From the NCBI RefSeq assembly GCF_006345805.1, contig NC_043002.1:12834001-12898000 (forward strand): a stretch of DNA of 64,000 nt, in the 5' to 3' direction. The notes under the pieces are model-generated. The model did not search any database, had not been told where the DNA came from, and was given only the letters and a program-made list of their open reading frames with translations. The position numbers and the translations under genes are program-made. How positions within the stretch are numbered: position 1 is the first letter of the stretch; each line of letters opens with the position of its first letter. Below are positions 45,414 through 57,989 of this stretch, one piece after another. Source of the DNA: Octopus sinensis (Eukaryota).

Positions 45414-45522
45414 TGTTGTGACTTTTGTCAGTTATAAAATCGAAGATGAATTGAGAGATTTTGTTAACAATGACGAACCGACAACCTGTGTCAATGTGAC
45501 TCTGACACTTCAAAGTATGTTT

Positions 45523-45530
45523 CTTATATA
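45523..45530 (-). promoter_or_regulatory. TATA box of gene C
   Basis: TATATAAG with downstream GTCACATT, as in B. Confidence 0.75.
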
Positions 45531-45769
45531 CTTATACTCAAACAACAGGGTAAAGGTGAGGCTTAGGTATAGGGTCAGGGCAATAACTCAAGCTTACATT
45601 TTAATTGATCAAGTATTTGGGTTCCTTTCTTTAAGCTAACGGACATCCACCCACGACCCTTGCTAAGCAACGTAGCTATTTTGTCTGTCTGTCTGTCGCC
45701 CGGTCTTCTGTTTCGTCACCAGCATCATGGTCATTGTCGTCGTTGTCGTCATCATCGCCGTCATCGTTG

Positions 45770-45818
45770 TCATCATCTTCTTCCTTCTTTTTCATCATCG
45801 TCATCGTCTTCTTCTTGT

Positions 45819-45862
<44 letters not shown>

Positions 45863-46478
45863 TTCTTCCTCTTCTTCTTCTTCTTCTTCTCCTCTTCTTC
45901 CTTCTTCTTTTCTTCTTCTTCTTCCTTTCTTCTTCTCTTCTTCTTCTTCTTCCACTTCTGCTTCCTCTCTTTTTCTTCACTTCCTCTCCTCTTCCTCTTC
46001 TTCTTCCTTCTTCTCCTTTTCACTCTCTGCTCTTCTCCTTCCTCTTCTTCTCCTCTTCTCTTCCCTTTCTTCCTTCTTCCCTTCTTCTTCTTCTTCTCTC
46101 TTCTTCTTCTCTTCTTCTTCTTCTTCCACTTCTCCTCTTCTTCTTCCTCTTCCACTCCTCTTCCTCTTCCACTTCCTCTTATTTTCCTCTTCTTCTCTTC
46201 CACTTCCTCTTCCTCTCCTTCTTCTTCCCTTCTTCTTCTCTTCTTCTTCCTCTCTTCTTCCTCTTCTTCTTCTTCCACTTCCTCTTCTCTTCTCTTCTTC
46301 TTCCTCTTCTTCTTCTCTTCCTCTTCTTCTTCCTCTTCTTCTTCCTCTTCCACTTCCTCTTCCTCTTCTCCTTCTTCTTCCTCTTCTTCTTCCTCTTCTT
46401 CTTCCTCTTCCTCTTCCTCTTCTTCTTCTTCCTCTTCTTCTTCCTGTTCCTCTTTTCTTCTTCTTTTTCTTCTTCTGA
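45770..46478. repeat. (TTC/CTC)n pyrimidine tract
   Basis: Direct inspection; about 700 nt almost free of purines. Confidence 0.95.
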
Positions 46479-47089
46479 ACACACGTTTTGCTTCTATTCA
46501 ATATGTTATAAACAAACTATTCAAAATACACACATACACACGTACAGACATACATACATTTATACATACATACATACCAGCACACACACACACATACATA
46601 CATATATATATATACATACATATATACGCGAGTTTATGTGTGTGCAATTTCCTGTCTTATGTCTTTTGCAAAAAATTAACACCTTACACACACATTCACA
46701 CACACATGCATACACACATACACACATATATACATACACATGTATGCGTTTGCATGTATACTGTGTGTGATTTTATTGATTCCGCAGACCCTGAAAATCT
46801 ACTTTACATATCAAAATTGGTATTTATTGCGAATACGCCCTAAAACATGCACGGAAGCAAATAGGTTAATTGTCATTCAGAGTGTCAGATGGTTACACTG
46901 TTAAGAAAATTTCCATAAATTGATGTGGTCAAACGTGTCTTATGATTTGGGCGCAAAGTGGGTAAGGTACTTCAAAAATTAATGTCGGGGTAATAATTTG
47001 AAACAAAATGTATCGCATTTCAAGCATTGATTAAGAGTTTAAGCAAATTACATATCAAAAGTGTTTATTAATCAAAATGTATGAAACTA

Positions 47090-47435
47090 CACTCGCCTCC
47101 TTATGAGAGCTCAAAATCTCTCGTGGAGGCACCATCCAACCCAAATGCAAATATATGGGAAATTACCACCTGTGTCATCTCTTGTGAAGGGTAGGAGAGT
47201 CCAGTTTGCTGGACATTGTTGTAGAGCTGAAAAAGAAGTAATTTCTACTCTTCTCCTCTGGAAGCCATCTACTCGCAATACCAAAGGGCGCACACTCTCC
47301 TACCCTGATGTAATCTCCAGGGATACAGGCATCCAGCAACAGGACCTCCGTAATGCTATGATGGACCGTGAAGTCTGGCGTGACATAGTAAATTCCATTG
47401 TCTCGACCACGGTCGAACAATGATGATGATGATGT
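47090..47435 (+). mobile_element. RTE-like LINE 3' fragment
   Basis: ORF 47103..47423 RRVQFAGHCCR...LLWKP...MMDREVWR followed by a (TGA)n tail. Confidence 0.8.
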
Positions 47436-48029
47436 ATACGAGCAAAACGCCCCCCCCCCACCGTCCAATGGACGGTGCTGAGTTGTCAAACATTTAAACC
47501 AAATTTTCTCCAAAAAACTTGTCCGACCGTTCCATAGGCCTCCCCTTTGAGAAACACCGATTTAGCCTGAATTTGAGACAGCAGCAAAAGAAGAAAGAAA
47601 GATAGACATTTTTTTTCTATTCCAAAGAAAAACGATTTTATTCACATAAATATGCAACCGAAGTGTTTAAAGTACCAGTAATGATAAGGCTGTTGACTGG
47701 GAGAACACAAACATGGTTTAAACAGTAAGCTTGGCAGGAAAGAAACATGCCTTTAAGCAGTACAAAAACAACAAAAAATGGAAGGTGCAGTTATGTACAG
47801 GTTGACGGAAGAAAAGCAGGACAAAAACGGCTTTATCCATCGCATTCTAACTTGGAATCGATTTTTCTAATTTTTTCAAGACTTATACACGCCCTGATAC
47901 CGTCGGTATCTTCATATCAAATTTGAGCGCAATCGGATGGAGGATGCCCGAGATCTGAGAAGACAGACAGACAGACAGAACGGATTTTATAGAAGAGATA
48001 ATTATACCAGAATCTCGAAGTCCACATTT

Positions 48030-49030
48030 ATATCATTTAGCTGGTTCAGAAACAACAACTCACTTCACCTGTTTTGAACCTCATCTACATTGGTGGATCT
48101 CCGTCAGTGCAGGAAATAAACTATGGCTCGGAAAAAGTGGTAATATAACGGTACAAGGTGTAGACCGTTGGCAGTGTGAGTCAACGCTTCCAGCTCATCA
48201 AGTCCTTCAACTTTGCACTTGGTTACACGGTTTCACTGATAGAGAGCGCTGAGGCGTTGTTGAACATAATGCTCGCAGTCTGACCGCCAGAGACAAGCGT
48301 GAAGTGCAACAATCATCAAAATTCTACCAAACACGCTACATGAACTCTTGAAACTGCCCTTTTTGGCAACAGGTTCTGAAGCCTGGCCGGAACAAAATCA
48401 ATAATTTCTCTTATTAACATTATGAAAATACAGTTCTATATTTAAGAGATGAGGAATTATGAACATTATGTACGTTATCTATATTTGACGGATATTTGTC
48501 CTCATCTTGTTTGTTGTTAACACAACGTTGCGGCTGATATACCCACCAGCCTTCAAGACACCCGATGAAGGGTGGAGGGTATATCAGCTGAAACGTTGTG
48601 TTAACAACAAACAAGATGAGGACAAATATCCGCCGAATGTAAATAATGTAAATAATGTAAATAATTATGAAAACATCTATTTTTTCATCTCAAATTACAA
48701 TTCGAAGGCATGAGTGGGCATCTCAAGGACCTTCCAGTATTTGTTTGCTAATATTTACATATCGTTGAGCTTGGCCATTGGTCAGTTCATGAGGAGTTTC
48801 TCGGCAGTGTCTGTTCAAAAAGACGAGCTCATTGATCTGTCGTTGATAGTATTTTGTGAAAGACCAAGCCGACATTGTACGAGTGTTTGTGTTTGGCTTT
48901 TGTTGAAACTTTTCAAGCAAAGCATCATCTTCCACAACTGGAGGTCTCGCTGACCTTGGTTTGTCTTCGAGACTGGTGTAACCTTCTTTGAAACGACCGA
49001 ACCAGTTTCGCACCACACGTTCGCTGACAG
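48030..49030 (-). mobile_element. Degenerate mariner transposase
   Basis: ORF 48723..49016 VRNWFGRFKEGYTSLEDKPRSARP; downstream HLVPLYYHFFRA matches the decayed (YSP)DLAPSDYHLFRS motif. Confidence 0.8.
48429..48663. mobile_element. Inverted dimer of the hammerhead-bearing short element inserted in a mariner, 10-bp TSD
   Basis: ATTATGAAAA at 48419..48428 and 48664..48673; arms meet at about 48555. Confidence 0.78.
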
Positions 49031-49182
49031 TTTCTGGGCTTTCGACGTTACTAAATTAATTTTCCGCCGTCTTTATATTCAGCCCTTTTATTTACATCTT
49101 GCGTAAAATGAATTTAACTGCAACTTTTTCACCACTCATCATTAAATCTGTAAAATAAAGAATAAACAGCTAATTTTTATGT

Positions 49183-49221
<39 letters not shown>

Positions 49222-49232
49222 TATATATATAT

Positions 49233-49348
49233 ACTTTATTTAAAGCAGCAGAAAATTCAACAAAACCTGTTACTCTGAGTTCACGTTCACGGGAACGTGA
49301 AACTCAAATTAACAGGTTTTGTTGAATTTTCTGCTGCTTTAAATAAAG
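49233..49348. repeat. Near-perfect ~55-bp hairpin in (TA)n
   Basis: ctttatttaaagcagcagaaaattcaacaaaacctgtta.. / ..taacaggttttgttgaattttctgctgctttaaataaag, followed by a unique ~80-nt tail and (TA)n. Confidence 0.8.
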
Positions 49349-49571
49349 CATATTACTCTACCACTGGTATTTGAGTACTCTTTTTTCCACCTTGTTTCAC
49401 ATTTATGTGTTTACTCCGGTATATATATATATATATATATAATATATATATAATAGTAATATATATATATAATATATATATATATATTATATATATATAT
49501 ATATACACATATATATATATATGTGTGTGTGTGTGTGTATATATATATATGTATATATATATCTATATATG

Positions 49572-49868
49572 TGGAGGCGCAATAGCCCAGTGGTTAGGGC
49601 AGCGGACTCGCGGTTGTAGGATCGCAGTTTTGATTCCCACACCGGACGTTGTGAGTGTTTATTGAGCGAAAGCTCCAAGAGGCTCCGGCAGTGTTTGTGG
49701 GAGATCCCTGCTGTACGCTTTCGCCGCAACTTTCTCTCACTCTATCTTCTCTTGGCCTGCTCGCTTAGCCAGCGGAGTGGCGTCATTTGAAGGCTAAAAC
49801 AATACGTAGCGCATTGTGACCAGTGATGTGTAGCAATATCCGATAGCCTGATCGGTCACGTGATCACG

Positions 49869-49870
<2 letters not shown>
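49572..49870 (+). mobile_element. tRNA-derived SINE (GGAGGCGCAAT(A/G)GCCCAGTGGTTAGGGCAGCGGACTCGCG family)
   Basis: tRNA-like head; relatives at 17551..17910 (+), 10430..10563, 39100..39383 and 51540..51895 (-) with differing tails. Confidence 0.75.
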
Positions 49871-49908
<38 letters not shown>

Positions 49909-50092
49909 GTAAATGACGAAACCGGTCTACGATTAATTCTTTATTTTTGTATATTTTCATCTGTCTTACTCGCTTTTGTTCTTGTGTTTGCTGAATTTCT
50001 CTAGAGAATATTCTTTTCTTTTGTAGTTAGATAGTAGGTGATCTTCTTCTAGCATATTGGCTGTCCACTTTGTGGTTATCCCTAATATACGC

Positions 50093-50135
<43 letters not shown>

Positions 50136-50768
50136 GTTTGTGTGTGTGTGTGTTATATGAAAATAAAGAATAGACAGTTTAGCAACGATTATACAAGCTT
50201 TATTAAATTAATGATATAATATGGAGATACAAAATCATGAGTGAAAATCCGGAAAAGCTATTGACCGAACCTGATGCATTAATAGAAATTCGATACTTCG
50301 AGAGATATGAAGCAAATTATTTTTAACATTGTAACTCGAAGCAGAGAAAGCTGTAAATATTTTAGAAGATTTTTGAATATAGGTTGTAAAAGAATCTTGG
50401 ATGGAATATGTCCAAGACTGCTATGGATCTCGTTCCCGCATCTTCTATAAAAATGGCAAACGTTCCGTCCATCATACCAAGGCAACACTTTGAATGTTCT
50501 GAATCCATTTTGAATCAGTTCTTACAAGCGAGTATCGTAAGTTTGTGCGGTATTATTACTCTTTTAAATCTTTTACTTGTTTCAGTCATTTGACTGCGGT
50601 ATGCTGGAGCACCACCTTTAGTCGGACCCCAGGACTTATTTTTTTGGATGCTTAGTACTTATTCTGTCGGTCTCTTTTGCCGAACTGCTAAATTACGGGG
50701 ACGTAAACACACCACCATCGGTTGTCAAGCGATGTTGGGGACAAACACAGACACACAAACATATACAC

Positions 50769-50833
<65 letters not shown>

Positions 50834-51107
50834 CAGGGATGGTATTATTAAAATACCATCACAAGTGGTAAGCGAATTATCAGCCGTACAGGCAAATTAA
50901 TAAAATATATACATAAAATATGAGATATTTACATATATACACAAGGGTATTATATGAGTACCTATATCACTAATGATAGAAGTCAAAAAATACTTCTGTA
51001 CCACCGAATAGTCAAAAATCTAATACAGACAAGATAGGAAAAAAATATCAGTGAACAATAATAATGTCTTACCTCAAATGGTTCAGAACAAGTAAATGCT
51101 GGTCAAC

Positions 51108-51163
51108 TCGGTACCGGTTTCGAAATTTAGCGCCACATAGGCGCGTGATTTCTCATCAGCCGA
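51108..51163 (-). ncRNA. Type I hammerhead ribozyme motif, canonical core
   Basis: TCGG CTGATGA GAAAT cac GCGCC tatgt GGCGC taa ATTTC GAAACCGGTA CCGA. Confidence 0.85.
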
Positions 51164-51922
51164 AGTCCGCCAGCTAAATAACTACTAACATTCTCCCCCA
51201 TCATGCCTGCGAAAGTTCGTTTGAAGTGATCAAAGTTCGTTTGAAGTGTCAGTATTTATAACTTGCGGAAACCCTTATAACACAAATAGCCTTATTGTCA
51301 ATAAAAAAAACATGTTAAAAATCTTTTAAATACTTAGTTTTTTGATGTAGTTAACCATAAAATTACCCGTCATGATGTTGTGGGTAAGCATGTCTGTGGA
51401 GTACTCAGCCACTTGCGCGTAAATTTCACGAACAGGCTCTTTTGTTAATGGGATCAATCGGAACCCTCGTCATCGTAACCGACGAAGTGCCAGTGGTAAA
51501 CCATTCAACAAAATAGCCAAACGCTTGTTTGATTCGTGGATCTCCGTCGGCTACGACGACGAGGCTTCCAGCTGATCCGATCAACGGAACAGCCTGCTCG
51601 TGAAATTAATGTGCAAGTGGTTGAGCACTCTACAGACACGTGTACCCTTAAAATCTCAGGGGGGATTCAGCGTGACACAGTGTGTGACAAGGCTGGCCCT
51701 TTGAAATACAGGAAGAAAGAGTGAGAGGAAGTTGTGGTGTAAGAGCACAGCAAGGTTCGCCAACCCCACTGCCGGAGCAGCGTGGATCTTTAGGTGTTTC
51801 CGCTCAATAAACGCTCACAACACCCGGTCTGGGAATCGAAACCGCGATCCTACGATCGCGAGTCAGTTGCCCTAACCACTAGGCCATTGCGCCTCCACAC
51901 GATGATAAGTATTCGTATGAAG

Positions 51923-52320
51923 CTAGCAGTATCGCCCGGCGTTGCTTGGGTTTGTAAGGGAAATAACTATGTAAGCATTTTTAGAGATGTAAAGTATAAT
52001 AGCCATCTCAATATGGCTAACCACAAAGGGGCTGGGGTGTTACTGTAGCTTTTTACGTTCTGAGATTTAATAATAATTTTTTAGAGAGTTACTTCCCTTA
52101 TATATGCCAAAAATGCATTAAAAATGGGAAAATATGATGGTAATTTTTTTAAAATCGTAGACTCATCGTAGACGCGCGCTAATACCCAGAAGGGCTCGAT
52201 ATGAATCACGACTATAAGATACCCGGTTTTGGTTAAAATGCACCGCAAAATGTGGGAGTAGTTAGGAATCTAAATCGTAGGAGACAGACAGACACATAAC
52301 CTCTCTTTTATATATAAAGA
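51923..52320 (-). mobile_element. Non-autonomous Helitron
   Basis: Minus strand starts A|TCTTTATATATAAAAG..(TGTC)n and ends with hairpin CCCAAGCAACGCCGGG followed by CTAG. Confidence 0.75.
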
Positions 52321-53261
52321 TTTCTTAATCTACAGGAAAGTTTCTTATTTTCACTTGCTTATTTCCTTCTGTTTTCAAATATTCAAAACAGAATTTACAA
52401 GAAGTATTTATTTCTTCAGGCAAATCGCAACGTAAATGTAGAAAAGAATTATGCAAACGAAGAAGCTTAGAATATGTTCTGATATTTCTAATCTGAAGCG
52501 GTCTATACCTATATATATTTCTTTACTGCTGCCCACAAGGGGCTAAACACAGAGGGGGCAAACAAGGAGAGACAAAGGGATTATCTCGATTACATCGACC
52601 CCAGTGCGAAACCGGTACTTAATTTATCGACTCCGAAAGGATGAAAGGTAAAGTCGACCTCCGTGGAATTTGAACTCGGAACGTAACGACAGACGAAATA
52701 CCTATTTCTTTACTGCCCACAAGGGGATAAACATAGAGGGGACAAACAAGGACAGACAGATGGATTAAGTCGATTACATCGACCTCAGTGCGTAACTGGT
52801 ACTTAATTGATCGACCCCGAAAGGATGAAAGACAAAGTCGACCTCGGTGGAATTTGAACTCAGAACGTAACGACAGACGAAATACCGCTAAGCATTTGAC
52901 CCTGCGCGCTAACGTTTCTTCCAGCTCCCGCCTTGCGGTCTATAAATATATAAAGCTGTTGAAATCCCAACGATAGTTGTTCGGGGACCGAAGAGCTCTT
53001 TATGAAATGGCTGTTGCTTTTAACTGTAAAAGCACACTCACACACAGCTATGAGCACATATACAGAGGCACATATACAAACATGCAAACACTCGCCACAC
53101 ATAAAATTTTACACGGAAAACTTTGAAAGTTACTTCGAGGTTTCGGGTTCTCAGCTGTCATTAGGCTGTTTAAAACTGAGAAAGTATTACTCCACTGAAA
53201 GATATTCTTTCAGTTTAATGCTACCTCATGTTCATATATAAAAGTTTACATAAAACCATAA

Positions 53262-53295
<34 letters not shown>

Positions 53296-54169
53296 TTTAA
53301 GCAATGAATAAAAACTTACGAAACCGTCGGTATGCTTGAATCTCTTTTTGTAACATATTTCTTATATATATATATATATCCCATAAAAGAAGGAAAATGC
53401 ACAATCTAAATAGTTTTAATATATTCTAAAATATTATTTAATATTGTGTTTGTCGACCGGTTTCACTTTCGCTAATCATGACATTGAAATTATTGTAATT
53501 TCGTATTTTCTTAAGAAGATTATAGTCTCTGTTGTGTGTGTAGAAGTTTATGAATGAATGATTAAAATACTAGAAAAATCTAAGGGAAGGTAATTGATGA
53601 TCATTATTATTGAGGACAGGGGAATTAATCGTTCATTTTTCGGGGGAGGGGATAAATAAATATACGCCAAAACTCAAAAGCTGAAGTAGTGAGATTAAAT
53701 TTGTACAAATACATAATACACACACGCACATACATCTCTCTGTGTGTGTTTAACGTAAAGAAATAGCTATTCTTGGAACCTGGGCAGGTACCTTATTAGT
53801 ATTCTAGTATAATTTGGTGTAATTTAAATCTGGTTAACAGCATCGAACGATAGGGAATGTACAGAATTGTTAACATAAATGATTCCACGTTACTTCACTC
53901 GATAATATCTCCTGTGATAGCTTCAGTGGATTTCATACAGCTTATAGAGTATATAATGAAGACATCATAAAGAAGACTGGAGAATGATACATCTTTAAAA
54001 TTTGTTTACTACAGTAATCATTCTCATTAAATTCCAATCCGACACGTGTTTCTGCTGCATAAGTGTTTTAATGTCCTTTGATGGAGAATTTATGTGCATT
54101 TAGGTGATTCATTTGCAGTGCATATTGATCCAAGGTAGATATTCCTATGCAGCTTTATTCAAGGTTTTA

Positions 54170-54597
54170 ACCATGCCGGTGGGTAAACCGGACTTCGACC
54201 GAACAGTCAACAAAGAATACTTTGTGGAGGTTTTGTAGGGAATTCAGGAATAGATTTTGTTGCAAAAGGCCAGAGATCTTCCACTCGGATCGGTGATACC
54301 TGCACCGGGCAATACACCAGTTTACAATTCCATATTGGTAACCAACTACTTGACATAGAGGGGCACGAAAACTGTCCTTTACCTTTTTTGTCGTCCAACC
54401 CTTGCTCCCTGCTACTTTCCGTTTTTCCCCCAAGCTAAAGAAGAATCTCAGAACCAGTCGATTTGAAGACATTGAGAAGTTGAAGAAATATCTGTGACTT
54501 CTTCACTTTGAAGGACTTACAGAGAGTCATCATAAAATTCCTGGAACGACACAACGAGAGCATTGGATTCGGAGGATCCTGTTTTGAAGGCGATTAA
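54170..54597 (+). mobile_element. Degenerate mariner transposase C-terminal half
   Basis: Translates RTVNKEYFVEVL..RNRF..KRPE...LAPC.F..FPKLKKNLR..RFEDIE with stops and frameshifts. Confidence 0.75.
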
Positions 54598-54981
54598 AGC
54601 TTAGTACTTCTTCGAAATTAATGAATGTCTCTTTTGGAAAAGTCTCAAAATTTCTGGAATAGACCTCTCATACAGTTGAAAAATACCATTTAGAACTTCT
54701 GTATTTATCATTACAATACTTCTGTATGCGTGCGTGTGTGCGTGTGTGTGTGTCTCGGTGTGTCTGTGTGAGTGTGCTTTTTTATGTGTATGTGGATATG
54801 TTTCAATCTGTATGTCTGTATGTATATTGTAATAACAAAAGCAGAAGTAATTATACATTTTTACATGCATACATACAAATATACATACATAATGCATACA
54901 TACATATATACATATATACATACATGATAGATCGTTAGCCATTACACACATTTTTCTCTCCTTGCTTTTTTTTCGGTGTCC

Positions 54982-55017
54982 CTTTCTGTAGAAGAGCGTA
55001 GGCTCGAAACGTAAAAG
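54982..55017 (+). ncRNA. Atypical minimal hammerhead motif in a ~200-bp dispersed repeat
   Basis: CTTT CTGTAGAA GAGC gtag GCTC GAAACGTA AAAG; related copies at 5664..5698, 32290..32325 and 40851..40885, all next to (TA)n or (TACA)n. Confidence 0.6.
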
Positions 55018-56122
55018 ACTTTTTCTATTCCTGAGCATTATACTAATATATCTGTATGTTTTGTACACCACCTGTCTTCGTCTTTTGTCTTTTTCGTAAA
55101 CTCTCCCTATACATACATACATACATACATACATACATACATACATACATACATACATACATACATACATAATACATACATACATACATACATATATACA
55201 TACATACATGCATACATACATATATGTGAAGGTGAATGGTCTATTGTGTAGGGCGTTGTATTCACAATGGCTAGGTCATGGATTTGATTCCCGTGCCGAG
55301 AGGTGTGTTGTGTTCTTGAGCAAAACTCTTCGTTTCACGTTGATCCAGTCTATTCAGCTGTCAATGGATCACCATGCTACGATATAGACTTACGATTAGG
55401 GGAAATGTTGATTTGTTCACTAGCTAGCGGAGTAGTATCATTCGAAACCTAAAACGATGCAAAGCGCATTGTGACAATATTTGTTATTCAGGTTGATCAC
55501 GTGATTGTGTGATATACATACATATATACATACACACATGCACACACACATATAAATTTAATTAGAAGATATATTAACTTCATGAACGGAGTAGGAGTGG
55601 CTGTGTGGTAAGTAGCTTGCTTACGAACCACATGGTTCCAGGTTCAGTCCCACTGCATGGCACCTTGGGCAAGTGTCTTCTACTATAGCCTCGGGCCGAC
55701 CAAAGCCTTGTGAGTGGATTTGGTAGACGGAAACTAACTCCGTCGTATATATGTATATGTATATATGTATGTGTGTGTGTATATATTTGTGTGTCTGTGT
55801 TTGTCCCCCCAACATCGCTTGACAACCGATGCTGGTGTGGATAAGTACTAGGCTTACAAAGAATAAACCTTGGGGTCGATTTGCTCGACTAAAGGCGGTG
55901 CTCCAGCATGGCCACAGTCAAATGACTGAAACAAGTAAAAGAGTAAAAGAGGATGGTTTCATCCAAGGAAATACTGGTTCAATACCTAGTGTTTGGGGGT
56001 AATGAATCTCTTTAAAATGATAGACATATATAAAACATAGTTTATATCCATTTAAACGAAGAAAAGAACGTGGTGATTAGGAAGTTAATAACTGTTTATT
56101 AACAACAAATTGGTCATTTTTG

Positions 56123-56220
56123 TTCTTTACAACTGTTTCAATTAATACGCAATAAATGAATTACAAATCTATGCATTAAATTTACATTTATGCGTCATGT
56201 GTATAATTTCATCAGAGAAA
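56123..56220 (-). ncRNA. Hammerhead-like motif with long stem II
   Basis: TTCT CTGATGA AATT...ACGCA...TGCGT..AATT GAAACAGTTGTA AAGAA. Confidence 0.55.
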
Positions 56221-57070
56221 AAAATGATGTACCTTTGGATGTTATATGTGCGCTTATCAATTCGTTTCAGTAGACTATCAATACATTTAGCGCCTATATA
56301 TATATATATATAGTCTACTGCCTTTCTGACTACTACTTCCAACAAGTGAAATCGGCTTTCTCTGTCCCTCTCAAGCTGTTTTCAAAGCGTTCAAAATAAT
56401 TTTTCTTTCGTTCAGGTTTAACAGCCCTTAATGTTTGTGTTACTGTTATTCTCCTTGTCCTGTCTTTTACTGTTTTTATTTGTATTGTCTTTACTGTCCT
56501 GTTTTTTGTTACCACTTTTACCCCTCCGCAAAAAATTTCAAATTTTATTTAATTTAGTTTGCGGGAAGGACTTTTTCCACTAAGTCGTGTCTCGCCTTTA
56601 CCTTCGAAACACGGAGTAGACGAAACAGAGGCTTCTGAAGAAGGGGAATTTTCTTTGTGTTGTATGTCTTTTACTCTGCTTTTTCGTTGTTTAAAAATAT
56701 GTCCGTTTCCTTGGTTTTGTTTTTATATTTTCGTTTCTCATCGTGTTCGACGTTTTTTTGTGTGTCCTGTACGCATATATGCATATATATATATACATAT
56801 AGATGTAGGTACGTACATATATGTATGTATATATGCATATGTTTTATTTATTATTTTGTTATTATATATATATATATATATAGGCGCAGGAGTGGCTGTG
56901 TGGTAAGTAGCTTGCTTACCAACCACATAGTTCTGGATTCAGTCCCACTGCGTGGCACCTTGGGCAAGTGTCTTCTATTATAGCCTCGGGCCGACCAAAG
57001 CCTTGTGAGTGGATTTGGTAGACGAAAACTGAAAGAAGTCTGTCGTATATATATATATATATATATATAT

Positions 57071-57240
57071 TTATTATATAGAAGGAGCTTCTACAGGACT
57101 AGAACTGTTTCATTCAAGAGAAATCTTCAGGAAGCTAGTTAACGGAATTTTTATTTCTAGTTAACGGAATAGTTAACGGAATTAATATTTCTCTTGAATG
57201 AAACAGTTCTAGTCCTGTAGAAGCTCCTTCTATATAATAA
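57071..57240. repeat. Perfect 54-bp inverted repeat in (TA)n overlapping a hammerhead-like motif (57099..57138, minus)
   Basis: Arms 57071..57124 and 57187..57240; minus strand CTAGcttc CTGAAGA TTTC tctt GAAT GAAACAGTT CTAG; spacer has three TAGTTAACGGAAT copies. Confidence 0.8.
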
Positions 57241-57321
57241 ATTAATTTTACTCTGCTATGTATTGAGTACCTTATTTACTGTGGTTAACCCCGAATCAAC
57301 CCGGGACCTACATATATATAT

Positions 57322-57363
<42 letters not shown>

Positions 57364-57989
57364 GGCGCGCGCTCACATGCACTCATGCATACCATTCAAG
57401 TATACGAAATAAGTTAAGGAGAAAAGTGATCGAATGAATACGAAAATAGTTTCATATTTTATTTATTGAAATGCTTTAAAAAATTAGTGGAAACCAATGT
57501 GTGGGTGTATGAACCATCAAGTGAAATAAAATCGTTTTATAACAAGTGGAAACCAGACTGCAGAGAGGAAACGAACACAGCCAACTGTTACAACTTTAAA
57601 ACGTGCAGCGGTAAAAAAAAAAGTGGCATCCTGTAGTAATATGAGCTGCTGTATACGATATCAGATCTGCACCTCACCTGTCATGCGAATTCGAAACACC
57701 CATGTCAACATCTCTCCAAAGACACAGTTTTTGACTCAACCAGCTGGGGTGTAAATATATTTCTTTACTGCCCACAAGAGGCTAAACATAGAGGGGACAA
57801 GCAAGGACAGACGAAGGGATTAAGTCGACTACATCGACTCCAGTACGAAACTGGTACTTTATTTATCGACCTCGAAAGGATGAAAGGCAAAGTCAACCTC
57901 GGCGGAATTTGAACTCAGAACGTAATGACAGACGAAATAGTGCTGAGCATTTCGCCCGGCGCGCTAACGTTTCTGCCAACGAAAGTTAA

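Noticed and set aside
44473-46843. Long ORFs rich in E/K/R/S/F/L
   Set aside because: Open frames through trinucleotide purine/pyrimidine tracts; only 45134..45413 is coding.
49572-49650. tRNA gene candidates
   Set aside because: tRNA-like heads run directly into SINE bodies and lack a clean acceptor stem and terminator.
56517-56700. Possible additional hammerhead (GAAAC and CTGAAGA motifs present)
   Set aside because: Motif order and stems could not be assembled into a convincing fold.
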